Assembly (NCBI GenBank): GCA_951406725.2
Contig: OX597825.1
Location: 29,140,001 to 29,204,000, forward strand
DNA from: Octopus vulgaris
Lineage: Eukaryota
Direction of reading: 5' to 3'
DNA: 64,000 bases
This document shows, piece by piece, positions 41,177-54,735 of this stretch (within the stretch, counting starts at the first letter, position 1; each line of letters opens with the position of its first letter). Position numbers and translations under genes: made by a program. The notes beneath the pieces were generated by a model that was given only the letters and a program-made list of their open reading frames with translations, was not told where the DNA came from and ran no database searches.

Positions 41177-41800
41177 TTCTTTTCTACTCTAGGCACAGGG
41201 CCCGAAATTTTTGAGGAGATGGCCAATCGATTAGATCGATCCCAGTATGCAACTGGTACTTAATTTATCTACTCTGAAAGGATGAAAGGCAAAGCTGACC
41301 TCGGCTAACATTTCTTATTTCTTTACTGCCCTCAATGGGCTAAACACAGAGGGGACAAACAAGGACAGAGAAATGGATTAAGTCGATTATATTGACTCCA
41401 GTGTGTAACTGGTACTTATGTAATCGACCCCGAAAGGGTGAAAGGCAAAGTCGACCTCAGCAGAATTTGAACTCCGAATTTAACGACAAGAGAAATACCA
41501 TTAAACATTTTGTCCATCATGCTAACGATTCTGACAGCTTGCTGCCTTAATAATAATAATAATATTGATAATAATAATAATAATAATAACAACAATAACA
41601 ACAACAATAATAATAATAATTGTTTCTACTATAGGCATAAAGACTGAAACCTTGGGGGAAGGGGACTAGTTGATTACATTGGTCCCAGTGTTTCCCTAGT
41701 ACTTAATTTATTGACCCCAAGAGGATGAAAGGCAAAAATCGATCTCAGCAGAATTTGAACTCAGAACATAAAGATGGACGAAATTCCACAAAGCACTTTG
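41177..41800 (-). mobile_element. family C SINE dimer (41177-41547) and monomer (41620-41800)
   Basis: GAAAGGATGAAAGGCAAAG-type motif three times; separated by (AAT)n. Confidence 0.85.
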
Positions 41801-42006
41801 TGTAAATTTGGCTACATGCATATGTTCATGGAGGCTCAAATGGAAGATCCTAAAATTTTCACTTTAAATCTATGATATCCCAAGAATGCAAATCAGTGTG
41901 GCTTACTCTTTTTATGGAAAATGCTCACATGCAGTGGTTTGTGTGTGTGTATATGTATGTATATATATGTATATATGTGTGTGTATATATATATATATGC
42001 ATGTGA

Positions 42007-42048
<42 letters not shown>

Positions 42049-42049
<1 letters not shown>

Positions 42050-42635
42050 CAGGAGTGGCTGTGTGGTAAGTAGCTTGCTTACCAACAACATTGTTCTAGG
42101 TTCATTACCACTGCATGGCACCTTGGGCAAGTGTCTTCTACTATAGCTTTGGGCCGACCAAAGCCTTGTGAGTGGATTTGGTAGACAGAAAATGAAAGAA
42201 GCCCTTTGCATATATGTATATATATATATATTCCCGTAACTTAGCGGTTCAGCAAAAGAGACTGATAGCATAAGTACTAGGCTTCCAAAGAATAAGTCCC
42301 GGGGTCGATTTACTCGACTAAAAGGCGGTGCTCCAGCATGGCCGCAGTCAAATGACTGAAACAAGTAAAAGAGAAAGAGAATATATATATTATTTGTGTG
42401 TGTGTGTGTATGTGTGTGTATATGTTTGTGTCTCTGTGTTTGTCCCCTCAACATCAGTTGACAACCAATGCTGGTGTGTTTACATCCACGTAACTTAGTG
42501 GTTTGGCAAAAGAGACTGATAGAATAAGTACTAGGCTTACAAAGAATAAGTCCTGGGGTCGATTTGCTTGACTAAAGGCGGTGCTCCAGCATGGCCGCAG
42601 TCAAATGACTGAAACAAGTAAAAGAGTAAAAGAGA
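42049..42635 (+). mobile_element. family A SINE with duplicated 3' half
   Basis: 3' module at 42233-42380 and again at 42420-42635. Confidence 0.9.
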
Positions 42636-43294
42636 GTATATATATATATGTATGCATGTATAATTTTCTCTCCTCTCGTTAAATTCAAGATTTCAATATT
42701 TTATTTTGCCTCATAACACAATAATATAACATATTATTGTAAAAGCAATTTATTAACCGGACATCTTATAAAAACCGGGGTTTAGCCTTGTACAGCACTA
42801 AGCGTTTACTCACACCTCCTAGTATGAAGAAGACCTTTTAGTTTCTTACAAATGTTTAGTAAACCACCTTGTTGCTGTTAAATTGAAGCTTTTATGAAAT
42901 TTGCTGCTATTCCTGCAAGCGTGTATTGTTATTATATTGCACATTATTGCTATAACAGCTATACTAATACCCATTAATATGGAAATTAGAATCTATGTTT
43001 TAGATAAAAATAATTTCTAAAAGGAATAAAATAGAATAAAATATATATACTTGCATATATGTATGTATATATGAATATGTGTATGTGTGTGCATACGTCC
43101 ATCTATCGATACATGTATACATATATACACATACATACATATTTATATACACATAATGGAACCCTCACCGCCATAACCAATGGAGTGCTTGTGTGTGTTT
43201 ATTATTATATTATTATATGATCGAATGCCACGCATCTTTTTCCAAATATATATATATATATACATACATATATACATACATATATATATGTGAT

Positions 43295-43450
43295 TTATGT
43301 ATGAGTGTTCAACTGAACATAGATTGTAGAGCAACTTGAAATGAAGTGTTTTGCAGAAGAACACAAATGCACTGCCTGTTCTGGGAACTGAACCTGCAAT
43401 CTCCTGATCATGAATGTATCACCTTAGTCATTAGGCCATACATCTTCACA
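43295..43450 (-). mobile_element. old family D head
   Basis: GAGCAACTTGAAATGAAGTGTTTTGC...CATTAGGCCAT. Confidence 0.6.
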
Positions 43451-43653
43451 TATACATAAATATATATACACACACATCATCACCATCATGTTTATATCTA
43501 CCTACCTACCTATCTATATATCTATCAACCTACCTATCTACCTACCTACTTACCTACTTGTCTATCTACTTCTCTTTTTGTCTACCAACTGACCTACCTA
43601 CCTACCTATTTATCTATCTACTTACCTATCTACTTACCTCTCTACCTACCTGC

Positions 43654-43775
<122 letters not shown>

Positions 43776-43978
43776 TAATAGTAATAGTATGACAACAAAA
43801 GAATGAATGAGACCTTGATATTATGTAAATAGAGGAATTAATCTGTAGTATATGTGACAATTATTCAGTTGCCATAATAAAACTCCAAGCTTCAGATGTC
43901 GAGGTGAACATTTATATATTCATGTAAGTGGACAAACGAAAGAAGGGTGTTCAACACATTTATTAGGAGTTACATATG

Positions 43979-44144
43979 TGGATCAAAACAGTTTTATTCA
44001 AATTCATTGATATTTTAAGTTTCAAAGTGTGAGGCTAATCCTCAACCACTGGAAATTTGAATTCAAATTTCCAGTGGCTGAGGATTAGCATCACACTTTG
44101 AAACTCAGAGTACCAGTGAATTTGAATCAAAATATTTTGATCCA
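43979..44144. mobile_element. spacerless palindrome of two hammerhead-like units
   Basis: symmetry axis in GAATTC at 44059-44064; plus arm TGG-CTGAGGA...GAAAC-TCAGA-GTA-CCA (44075-44115). Confidence 0.7.
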
Positions 44145-44235
44145 TACATATATTAACATTTACACACACACAAACACACACACACACACACACATGCACG
44201 CACATGCATATACACACACAGAAATATATATATAG

Positions 44236-44488
44236 ATGTTAAATAAAATGAGACAAGAAAAAGCCAAGGCTGTGTGGAATTTTCAGGACATTTATAAAGA
44301 GAAAGTTAGTCTTACAGCTGTTTCTGGGATATTAGGGATATCTCTTCATCAAAGACGATGTGAGATGGTTAAATAGAAGGAAATATTAACAGGAATACAG
44401 AAACAGCTCTAAGACTAACTTTCTCTTTATAAATGTCCTGAAAATTCCACATAGCCTTGGCTTTGTTGTCTCATTTTATTTAACATAT
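44236..44488 (-). mobile_element. Penelope-like pseudo-LTR fragment with inverted partial copy
   Basis: 44236-44325 is the reverse complement of 44398-44486; related fragment at 53070-53097. Confidence 0.75.
44309..44356 (-). ncRNA. minimal type-I hammerhead (C3 mutated to U)
   Basis: minus: GTCT-TTGATGA-A-GAGATAT(CCCTA)ATATCCC-A-GAAA-CAGCTG-TA-AGAC. Confidence 0.65.
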
Positions 44489-44636
44489 ACATGCTCATAC
44501 AAGACCTGCATTAGACTCCTCACTCATATCATTATCGAACCAAGAGTTTAACTACAGTCCTTCCATAGCACCTAAATAGCATTATCTGCCACCTTGGGTC
44601 TTCTGTATACCACCAATACCTCACACATACACATAT

Positions 44637-44855
44637 ATTTCTTTATTGCCCACAAGGAGCTAAACATAGAGGGGACAAACAAGGACAGGCAAAGGGATTG
44701 AGTCGATTACATCGACCCCTGGTACTTAATTTATCGTCCCCGAAAGGATGAAAGGCAAAATTGACCTCGGTCGAATTTGAACTCAGAATGTAATGGCAGA
44801 CGAAATATGGCTACGCATTTTGCCTGGCATGCTAACGCTTTTGCCAGCTTGCTGC
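44637..44855 (-). mobile_element. family C SINE
   Basis: matches 15600-15834. Confidence 0.85.
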
Positions 44856-45218
44856 CTTCTTTATTTATATGTGTGTGTTTGTGTTTTATTTGTTCATTTA
44901 TCTATTTATCTGTATGTGTGTGTGTATGTCTGTACAGGGGGGTTTTCTTGGTGACGCTTTGAAAGAGAAGTCTCCAAAGATTATAACCAAGAACGTATGC
45001 TCTATGGAATTGAATACATCCTACACATTTCTTGACACAGTAAGCAAAGAAGCTCAAATTAATTACATGAAACCCTTAATTACAAGAATCATTTCAAGAA
45101 GTCTACTTTCCAATGTTCTGAAAATAATGAAATAGGTACCACTGCTACGTTGGATTAGATTTGATCTGTTAAAAACACTCCATTGGAACATGTTGCTTTG
45201 TGTAAGCTATATATATAT

Positions 45219-45270
<52 letters not shown>

Positions 45271-45273
<3 letters not shown>

Positions 45274-45580
45274 CGTGATCACCGTGACCGACCAGGCTAT
45301 CAAATGTTGCTACACATCGCTGGTCACAATGTACTTTGCATTGTTTTAGCCTTCAAATGACGCCACCCCGCTGGCTAAGCGAGCAGGCCAACAGAAGAAA
45401 GAGTGAGAGAAAGTTGTGGCGAAAGAGTACAGCAGGGATTGCCACCACCCCCTGCTGGAGCCTCATGGAGCTTTAGGTGTTTTCGCTCAATAAACACTCA
45501 CAACGCCGGGACTGGGAATTGAAACCGCAATCCTACAACCACGAGTCTGCTGCCCTAACCACTGGGCCATTGCACCTCCA
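45271..45580 (-). mobile_element. family E head with tail R
   Basis: minus: ATGGCCCAGTGGTTAGGGC...GGTTTCAATTCCC; ends TCACGGTGATCACGGTG at (TA)n. Confidence 0.85.
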
Positions 45581-46639
45581 TGTATATATATGTATATATG
45601 CATATACACATACACATATATCATCTTTATCATTTTCATGCACATATATGTGATACAATGTTTGAATGTGCACTTACAATATATAAATGTATGTGCGTAT
45701 GTGGTTGTGTTCTTTGTAGATGTATAGTATATACACTTGAAATGAAGCCAAATTGAGAGTTCGTTAAGATATTTGTAATGGCAATTTTAAGCTAAATTTG
45801 AGCAGTAATATTGTCTATATTTGTTTGAAATTTGAGGCATTTAACGATTTCCTTTCATTGCCACAACCCATAGTATACATTAAGTTCGTTAATTTATGGT
45901 TTAAGTATGCTAAGCTAAGTTTCTACCATTTCCAGTGGTATTTACTTTATCGTGAGCAGCGGAATATCATTATTTTGGAATCCATAACTTATAAACTAAA
46001 CTTTTTGCTGAAGAATAATTCAGCAACTCTACAAGATCGTTGATAAAGTCATAAATTGTAATCAGATACATCCAATAATTGTGGTAGATTTTCAAGAACT
46101 AAATATATGATGCATTTAGAAAAGATTTACATCATTATTCATCCAGCAGACCAAACAGGCTCCTTTGAATTAATGTATATCTTGAAAAGTTGCCTACTCT
46201 TTTGTCTCATTGGCAGGTGAGGGCCGATTTGAAACGACTCTATTAATTCTATGGGTGAAGACAGTATATAAGATATAAGATGTTTCAAATGGTAATCAGG
46301 TTTTGTGTATATATCCTAGAATTGTTGTACGAACCTTTTGGCAAGTGGAAGCTAAATTTTATTTGAGTCTCTCTAGTTTCGCTTATTCCTGGATCATCAA
46401 ATTTCATCTCAGTTTGACCTATGAGGTGGATAACGATGTAAATCTCTCGTAAATACATCATATATTTCATTCTTTTCATAACCTATTACAATTCATTCAT
46501 TCATCAATGAAGTCGGTAATTTCAGAAATATGGCTTCTATAAGGCTAATTTGATCTTAATCTACTAAAAATAAACAAAATTTGGGCGATAATCTAACACT
46601 TGTGTAATTATGAGAAGTCTCATTTATATACTTTCATAT

Positions 46640-46865
46640 CTCTTTACTCTCTCTTTTACTCTTTTACTTGTTTCAGTCATTTGACTGTGACCATGCTGGA
46701 GCACCACCTTTAGTCGAGCAAACCGATCCCAGGACTTATTCTTTATAAGCCTAGTACTTATTCTATTGGTCTCTTTTGCCGAAATGCTAAGTTACGGGGA
46801 CGTAAAGACACCACCATCAGTTGTCAAGTGATGTTGGGGGGACAAACATAGACACACAAACATAT

Positions 46866-46909
<44 letters not shown>

Positions 46910-47063
46910 GACGAGCTTCTTTCAGTTTCTGCCTACCAAATCCATTCACAAGGCTTTGGTCAGCTCGAGGCTATAGTAGAAGACATTTGTCCAAGGTGCC
47001 AAGTGAGAATGAACCTGGAACCATGTGGTTGGTAAGCAAGCTACTTACCACACGGCCACTCCT
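46640..47063 (-). mobile_element. family A SINE
   Basis: matches 1513-1914. Confidence 0.9.
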
Positions 47064-47195
47064 ATTCTTTGGATACAAAATTTCAAGTTTTTTAAAGAAA
47101 AAGCATTTGGGTTCAATTATTAGTACAATGCATTCTTTCGATGATATTTGATCCTTTTTTTTCTTTTTTGTTATGATTTTCTTTTGCATACACAC

Positions 47196-47618
47196 ATCAT
47201 TATCATCATCATCATACTCATCATAATGACAATGGTAATTATGATGATTATCATTCTCATTATCTTCATCGTAATTATCATCATCATCATAATCATCGTC
47301 ATTGTCATCGTTATCGTCATCATCATTATCATCCTCATCGTCATCGTCATAACCATCACCATCACCATCATCATCATTGTTATTGCCATCATCATTTTAC
47401 ATCTGTTTTCCATGCTGGCATGAGTTGCACTGTTCAGCAACATCCAAAAGGTCCAATGACCACATCTCTTGCTCCCCCTATGTCTCAATTTTAGCAGAGT
47501 TGGTAGATGGAAACTGAAAGAAGTTCACCGTATATATGTATATACATATATGTATGTTTGTGCCCCAACATCACTTGACAACTGATGGTGGTCTCTTTAT
47601 GTCCCTATGACTTAGCGT
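47196..47618. repeat. degenerate (CAT)n tract ending in a family B tail (-), then a family A fragment (+, 47500-47618)
   Basis: direct reading. Confidence 0.75.
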
Positions 47619-48296
47619 TATATGAAGAAAATTGATTAGCAAGTTGGTTTCTTGACAAAACACTGAGCTCCTTTATTTATTTTAGAGCAAAGAGAACCAA
47701 AATAAATGTATACATTCATTGCTTTTATAATTGGCATTAAAAGACAAGTTAAATGAACTGCATCGAAACAAGAAGCAAATCTGCAGCAGATTCGATCTGA
47801 TGCATGAGGTGCTTACACCTATGACATCATGGTTTGTGCATTCATTCATATTGTGTATTTTTTGCATTCGAGAAAATTTATCGTAGCAGGAGCCTATCCG
47901 CTGGTTTAATGGTTCTGCGAGATTCACTTGGAAAAAGATTGAAACGTCTGTATAATTCTAGTCGTCATAGGAATTTAATTATTCTTTGTATCATGGCAAA
48001 TAGTAATCATTCAAAGACGTTTGTATATATTGTAATTATTACCATTATGAAATCATTAATATTTATGTTAAGAATAATATAGATATGACTCAAACAAGTA
48101 GATATTCGTATGTATGATCACACAAACATATACACTTACATACACACACACATATATATATATATATATACAGATACACATATATGCACAGGCACACACG
48201 TACACGCCACTTCTTATAATCATGAATAATGATATCAAACGTTTACTGTTATCTAAAAGGCTTCATCTCAAAGTGATTGCTAAATGTGGCTTTGAC

Positions 48297-48298
<2 letters not shown>

Positions 48299-48358
<60 letters not shown>

Positions 48359-48538
48359 TGTGTGTCTGTGTGTGTGTGCGTGTGTGTGTGTGTGTGTGTG
48401 CGTGCATGTGTGTATGTATATGGGGAGAAAAAGAGTGTTAGAGAGACTGGAAGCTCTGTATAATTGATATATATATATCTAACATGTATGATTTATCTAT
48501 ATATATGATATATATACATATATACATACATATATATA

Positions 48539-48592
<54 letters not shown>

Positions 48593-48613
48593 ACATATAT
48601 ATATGTATATGTG

Positions 48614-48647
<34 letters not shown>

Positions 48648-48734
48648 GTATATATATATATTGACATATACATATATACATATATATATACATATATATA
48701 TTCTATATGTATATATATATATACATATATATCC

Positions 48735-48808
<74 letters not shown>

Positions 48809-48931
48809 TACATATATATATACATATATATTCTATATGTACATATATATATACATATATATATTCTATATGTATATATATATATACATATAGAAATATA
48901 TATATGTATATATATGTATATATGTATATGT

Positions 48932-49027
<96 letters not shown>

Positions 49028-49030
49028 GAA
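48299..49030. repeat. (TG)n and (TA)n microsatellites
   Basis: direct reading. Confidence 0.95.
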
Positions 49031-49329
49031 TATATCTATGTATAGTATATGTGTGTGTGTGCACATGCGTGCGTGTGCTTTGTATACCAAAAGTTGACTG
49101 GCTACACAAAGTTTCAGCCAGAGCATAGCTTTAAGGAGATTGTTAAGTTTTAATATAATAAGCAAACTTCTTTGCTCTATCTCATCTATTGACTCCTGCA
49201 TCAGATAATATTTGCAATACATAATGTATACGTTTGAAATGTTTTATAGTCTCACAACTCTTACATAAAGAAAATTATGCAAACAAGCACACACATGCAA
49301 ATACGTGTGTGTGTATGTGAGTGTGTGTA

Positions 49330-49650
49330 GGCACAATGGTCCAGTGGTTAGGGCAGTGGATTTGTGGCTTTAGGATCGTGGTTTTGATTCCCAGACCAGG
49401 CATTGTGAGTGTTTATTGAGGGAAAACGCCTAAAGCTCCATGAGGCTCCAGCCAGGGGGTGGCGGTGAACCCTGCTGTACTCTTTCACCACAACTTTTTC
49501 TCACTCTTTCTTCCTGTTTCTGTTGTACCAGAATATCAAAGGTCCAGCCTTGTCACACTCTATGTCACGCTGAATCTCCCCAAGAACTATATTAAGGGTA
49601 CACACGTTTGTGGAGTGCTCAGCCACTTGCACGTTAATTTCATGAGCAGG
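49330..49650 (+). mobile_element. family E head with tail Q
   Basis: ATGGTCCAGTGGTTAGGGC...; tail CAGCCTTGTCACACTC shared with 53359-53545. Confidence 0.85.
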
Positions 49651-49842
49651 CACACACACATACACACATACACACATACAATTGTTTCATGTAATGTTGT
49701 ATTTGTACTTCAGCCATTATTTTTGTACTAATCTCCATATTTTCTTTGCTTTTTCAGGTAAGTACAGTACATTGCTGAACTTGTTCCATTCTCTGAAGAT
49801 TGTATCAGGTAGGGCATCTTATGAATTCTGTACATTGATGTG

Positions 49843-49900
<58 letters not shown>

Positions 49901-49996
49901 AGGGTCAGTATGTAAATGGAAAAAAAAATTACTTTTGATTCATTGATCATAGATACAGTTGTGGTTCAGCTTATACATAGATTGATTCTAGGGACT

Positions 49997-50595
49997 AAAA
50001 TCTGCTTGCGAAGACCTGTTGAGGCAAGGGAAATCGAAATCAAATTCGATGACTGGCATCCATGCTAGTGGAGTGCTAAGAGCACATCCGAGCATGATTA
50101 TTGCCAGAGCAGCTAACTGACTTCTGTGCTAGTGGCCTGTAAAAAGCACCATTCGAGCATAATTGTTACAAGCATTTCCTTAAAGGCACTTGTGCCGGTG
50201 GCATGTGTAAAAACACTCAAGCGAGGTCATTGCCAGTGCTGCTGGACTGGCTCCTGTGCCAGCGGCATGTAAAAAACACCATTTGAACATGGCCATTGCC
50301 AGTACCGCCTGACTGGCCCTCATGCTGGTGGCACATAAAAGCATCCACTACACTCTTGGAGTGGTTGGCGTTAGGAAGGGCATCCAGCTGTAAAAACTCT
50401 GCCAGATCAGATTGGAGCCTGGTGCAACTATCTGGTTGGTCAGCCCTCAGTCAAATCATCCAACTCATGCTAGCATTGAAACCTGTAATTCAAAGGGGAC
50501 AACCTTGTCACATTTGGTGTGTCACACTGAATCTCCTTGAGAACTTAAGGCTATGCATGTCTGTTGAGGGTTCAGCCACTTGCATGTTAAATTCT
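49997..50595 (+). mobile_element. family B (RTE 3' UTR, 49997-50480) followed by orphan tail Q
   Basis: starts AAAATCTGCTTGCGAAGACCTGTTGAGGCAAG like 51931. Confidence 0.8.
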
Positions 50596-50596
50596 A

Positions 50597-50808
50597 CCAG
50601 GGTGTAGTGAAAAATTCCTGGTTTTAAAGGTATTGTGAAAGGCCTGGTTGAACACCCAACCTTCTGTGTTCTCTTTTACAGAGCTTAGAAAAACTAAAGA
50701 ACTGCTGCAATAATATGTGAATCTGAGATGGAAATATGTTGAATAAAATCATAATTAACTGATCCTCCTGCAGTCACCCAAAGCCAGGAACTTTTCAGCA
50801 CACCTTGC
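50597..50808 (+). mobile_element. mariner-derived MITE
   Basis: TIRs AGGGTGTAGTGAAAAATTCCTGG and CCAGGAACTTTTCAGCACACCT; remnant GAAATATGTTGAATAA (..YVE*) transposase end. Confidence 0.75.
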
Positions 50809-50827
50809 ATGTGTGTGTGTGTGTGTG

Positions 50828-50878
<51 letters not shown>

Positions 50879-50882
<4 letters not shown>

Positions 50883-51859
50883 GATGCCCTTGGGAGCTCC
50901 TCTATGCTGATGACCTTGCTCTAATTGCTGAGTCGCTATCAGAACTGGAGGAGAAGTTTCAGGTGTGGAAACAAGGATTAGAATCGAAGGGCCTCAGAGT
51001 CAATCTAGCTAAAACCAAAGTCGTAATCAGTAGGAAGGTAGACAAATCACACACGCCTTCAGGTAGATGGCCCTGCTCAATCTGTAGAAAAGGTGTAGGT
51101 AGAAACTCTATAAGATGCACCAAGTGTAAGCTATGGACACATAAGAGGTGCAGCAATGTCAAAGGAAGGCTAACTAGGAAGATGGTTTTTGTATGTGGCA
51201 GATGCTCAGGAACAATAAACACTGAAAATGCTCTGAGACCAACTTCCGTCACTTTCCAGGGAGAAAAACTAGAAATAGTTGATAGTTTCCGTTACCTAGG
51301 TGACCAAGTCAGCAGTGGGGGCGGGTGTGCTGAAAGTGTAACTGCTAGAGTAAGAATAGCTTGGGCAAAGTTCAGAGAGCTCTTACCCCTGCTGGTGACA
51401 AAAGGCCTCTCGCACAGAGTGAAAGGCAGACTGTATGATGCGTGTGTACGAACAGCCATGCTACATGGCAGTGAAACATGGGCCGTGACTGCTGAGGATA
51501 TGCGTAAGCTCACAAGAAATGAAGCCAGTATGCTCCGATGGATGTGTAATGTCAGTGTTCATAATCGACAGAGTGTAAGTACCTTGTGAGAAAAGCTGGC
51601 CCTAAGAAGCATCAGTTGTGGTGTTCAAGAGAGACGATTGTGCTGGTATGGTCATGTGGCGAGAATGGATGAAGATAGTTGTGTGAAAAAGTGCCACACC
51701 CTAGCGGTTGAGGGAACCTGTGGAAGAGGCAGACCCAGGAAAACCTGGGACGAGGTGGTGAAGCACGACCTTCGAACTTTAGGTCTCACTGAGGAAATGA
51801 CTAGAGACCGAGTCCTATGGAAGTGTGCTGTGCGCGAGAAGACCCGGCAGGACAAGTGA
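50879..51859 (+). pseudogene. RTE-clade LINE ORF, 5'-truncated: RT C-terminal half (YADD) with embedded PHD-like finger; one premature TGA at 51587-51589
   Basis: LLYADDL, GLRVNLAKTK, FRYLG, LHGSETW, WYGHV, GRGRPRKTW motifs; the two listed ORFs are in the same frame. Confidence 0.95.
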
Positions 51860-52561
51860 GTCCATAACCCGTGGCCTTCTACTTGGGATGGAGCCAGCCT
51901 ACGTATGCATACCTTCCCTTCTTGGGACACAAAACTCTACTTGTGAAGACCTGTTGAGGCAAGTGAGGATCAGAATCGAAATCGATCAATGGAAATTGCA
52001 GATGTGTTACCAGTGCCGGTGGCATGTCGATACTCTACTTGTGAAGACCCGTTGAGGCAAGTGAGGATCAGAAATGGAAATCGATCAATGGAAATTGCAG
52101 ATGTGTTACCAGTGCCGGTGGCATGTCGAAACTCTACTTGTGAAGACCCGTTGAGGCAAGTGAGGATCAGAATGGAAATCGATCAATGGAAATTGCAGAT
52201 GTGTTACCAGTGCCGGTGGCATGTAAGAGAACCTTCCGTTTCGCGATGGTTGCCAGCACCGCCCCGTTTCGTGTCCGTTGCCAGCCTCGCCTGGCCCTTG
52301 TGCCGGTGGCACATAAAAAGCACCATCCGTTCGTGGCCGTTTGCCAGCTCTGTCTGGCACCTGTGCGGGTGGCACGTAAAAAGCACCCACTACACTCACG
52401 GAGTGGTTGGCGTTAGGAAGGGCATCCAGCCGTAGAAACGCTGCCAGATTTGACTGGGCCTGATGAAGCCTTCTGGCTTCACAGACCCCAGTAGAACCGT
52501 CCAACCCATGCTAGCATGGAAAACGGACGCTAAACGATGATGATGATGATGATGATGATGA
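50879..52561 (+). mobile_element. 5'-truncated RTE LINE with 3' UTR (three about 97-bp tandem units at 51931-52225) and (GAT)n tail
   Basis: ORF, UTR and tail are contiguous; 5' end abuts (TA)n. Confidence 0.92.
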
Positions 52562-52588
52562 TACATATGTATTCTTTTTTTGATTAAT

Positions 52589-52965
52589 TTACTTGTTTCA
52601 GTCTTTTGGCTGTGGCCATGCTGGAGCACTGCCTTTAGTCAAACAAATTGATTCCAAGACTTATTCTCTGTAAACCTAGTACTTATTCTATTGGTCTCTT
52701 TTGCTGAACTTTACAGGGATGTAGAAACACCAACATCAGTTGTCAAGTGATGGTGCAGGGACAAGCACAACCACACAAATACATGCATATACATATATAC
52801 ATATACGACGGGCTTCTTTCAGTTTCCATCTACCAAAATCCACTCACAAGGCATTGGTCAGCCCAAGGCTATAGTAGAAGACACTGCCCAATGTGCCACA
52901 CAGAGGAACTGAACCCAGAACCACGTGGTTGGGAAGCAAGCTTCTTATCACACAGTTACTTCTCC
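52589..52965 (-). mobile_element. family A SINE
   Basis: matches 1513-1914. Confidence 0.85.
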
Positions 52966-53144
52966 ACCTATATATATGTGTACATATAATTGTTAAAGGG
53001 AACAACAAACATTGAGGCAAGTTACACACCTCAAGTCATTTACATTATTATTATTAGAAAAAAAATTCAAAGTCTTACAGCTGTTTCTGGGATATTCCGT
53101 CATTATATATATATATATATATATATTCTTGTCTAGTCCAGACA

Positions 53145-53342
53145 CAAGGAAATTTTTGAAGAGTGGGGGGTGGTGCAGTCGATCAGACTGAAACCAGTAT
53201 TCAACTGGTACTTAATTTATTGACCCCATAAAAATGAAAGACAAAGTTGACCTCAGCGGAATTAGAACTCAGAACGTAAAGACAAATGAAATAACACTAA
53301 GCATTTTGCCTGGCATGCTAATTTTTCTGCCAGCTCATCACC
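53145..53342 (-). mobile_element. family C SINE
   Basis: matches 41620-41800. Confidence 0.8.
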
Positions 53343-53358
53343 TTATATGTATATATAT

Positions 53359-53685
53359 TAGGAGCACTCCATCAGTTATGACAATGAGGGTCCCAGCTGA
53401 TACGATCAACAGAGCAGCTTGCTTGTGAAATTAATGTGCAAGTGACTGAGCACTCCACAGACATGTGTACACTTAACGTAGTTCTCAGGGAAATTCAGTG
53501 TGATACAGAGTGTGACAAGGCTGGCCCTTTGAAATACAGGTACAACTCATTTTTGCCAGCTGAGTGGACTGGAGCAACATGAAATAAAGTGTCTTCCTCA
53601 AGGACACAATGCTTTGCCGGGAATTGAACTCACGACCTTACGATCATGAGCCAAATGCCCTAACCCCTAAGCCACGCACCTTCAC
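53359..53685 (-). mobile_element. family D head with tail Q
   Basis: minus: GTGGCTTAGGGGTTAG...GAGTTCAATTCCC...CCAGTCCACTCAGCTGG. Confidence 0.85.
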
Positions 53686-53734
53686 ATATATATTCTATGT
53701 ATAATATATATAATAATGATAAATAAATGTGCCC

Positions 53735-53966
53735 TTTTAGAGCCTAGCCAGGCTCATAGGCCCGGTCAATGGCGTATGTGTTCCCTAGCTGGATGGGATG
53801 CAAGTTCATTGCAGCGTTACTCATTTTTGCCAGCTGAGTGGACTGGAGCAACGTGAAATGAAGTGTTTTGCTCAAGAATACAACGCGTCGCCTGGTCGAG
53901 GAGTCAAAACCACAATTTTTACGATCATGTTGCTGACACCCTAACCACTAAGCCATGCCCCTCCAC
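53735..53966 (-). mobile_element. family D head with tail P
   Basis: minus: ATGGCTTAGTGGTTAGG...; tail ends TATGAGCCTGGCTAGGCTC. Confidence 0.8.
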
Positions 53967-54606
53967 TATAATATATATATTATACATATAAATACATGCT
54001 ATGATATATTATGTGCCAACCTCGCATTATTATCACCATAGTCAAACCAATAAGTGCCTTTCATTATTCAGAAGCATTGTAAGGATGAAATAGATTAATC
54101 CTGAGCAGAGTAAAATCATAGCATAAAAGGCATAAAAGTTGGAAATGGTCACCAGATTCTAGGCTGATGGATTAGCAGCATCAGTAAAGCATAAAATAAA
54201 ATGCCATGCTGTATTTAGTTATGTCTCTTTACATTATGAGGTGAAATATAACCGATGCCAAATTTGCCTTTCACCCTTCAGTATCAATATAATCTAATAC
54301 ATAGGGTTAATGGTATTGGTTAATTCCAAGTGCCAGACTTCAGGCCGTTGTGCCTATACCAAAAGCAGGTTGGGTTCTAAATGTATTGTTGATAATGTGT
54401 TCCAATGTTTGCGTAAATACTGTGTGACACAACAAAGCAATAGCATTACCTGTATAATGCAGAAAGTAATTAAAGGTAAAAACAGTTGGAAAACTGCAGA
54501 GTTATCTAAATCTGCTTTACTTAGTTGCTCAACATGTTTAGAAATATTAGCTAAAATCTGCCTCAAATTAAACTCTATAGACATAACAAAATAAAATAAT
54601 GGATAA

Positions 54607-54735
54607 TAGGCACAAGACTGGTTGTGTGGTAAGACGGTTGCTTCCCAATCACATATGTCTGGGTTCAGTCCCACTACATGGCACCTTGAGCTAGTGTCTT
54701 CTACTATAACCTTGAGCCAACCAAAGCCTTGGTTT
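54607..54735 (+). mobile_element. family A 5' fragment
   Basis: GGTTGTGTGGTAAG...GGGTTCAGTCCCACT... Confidence 0.75.
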
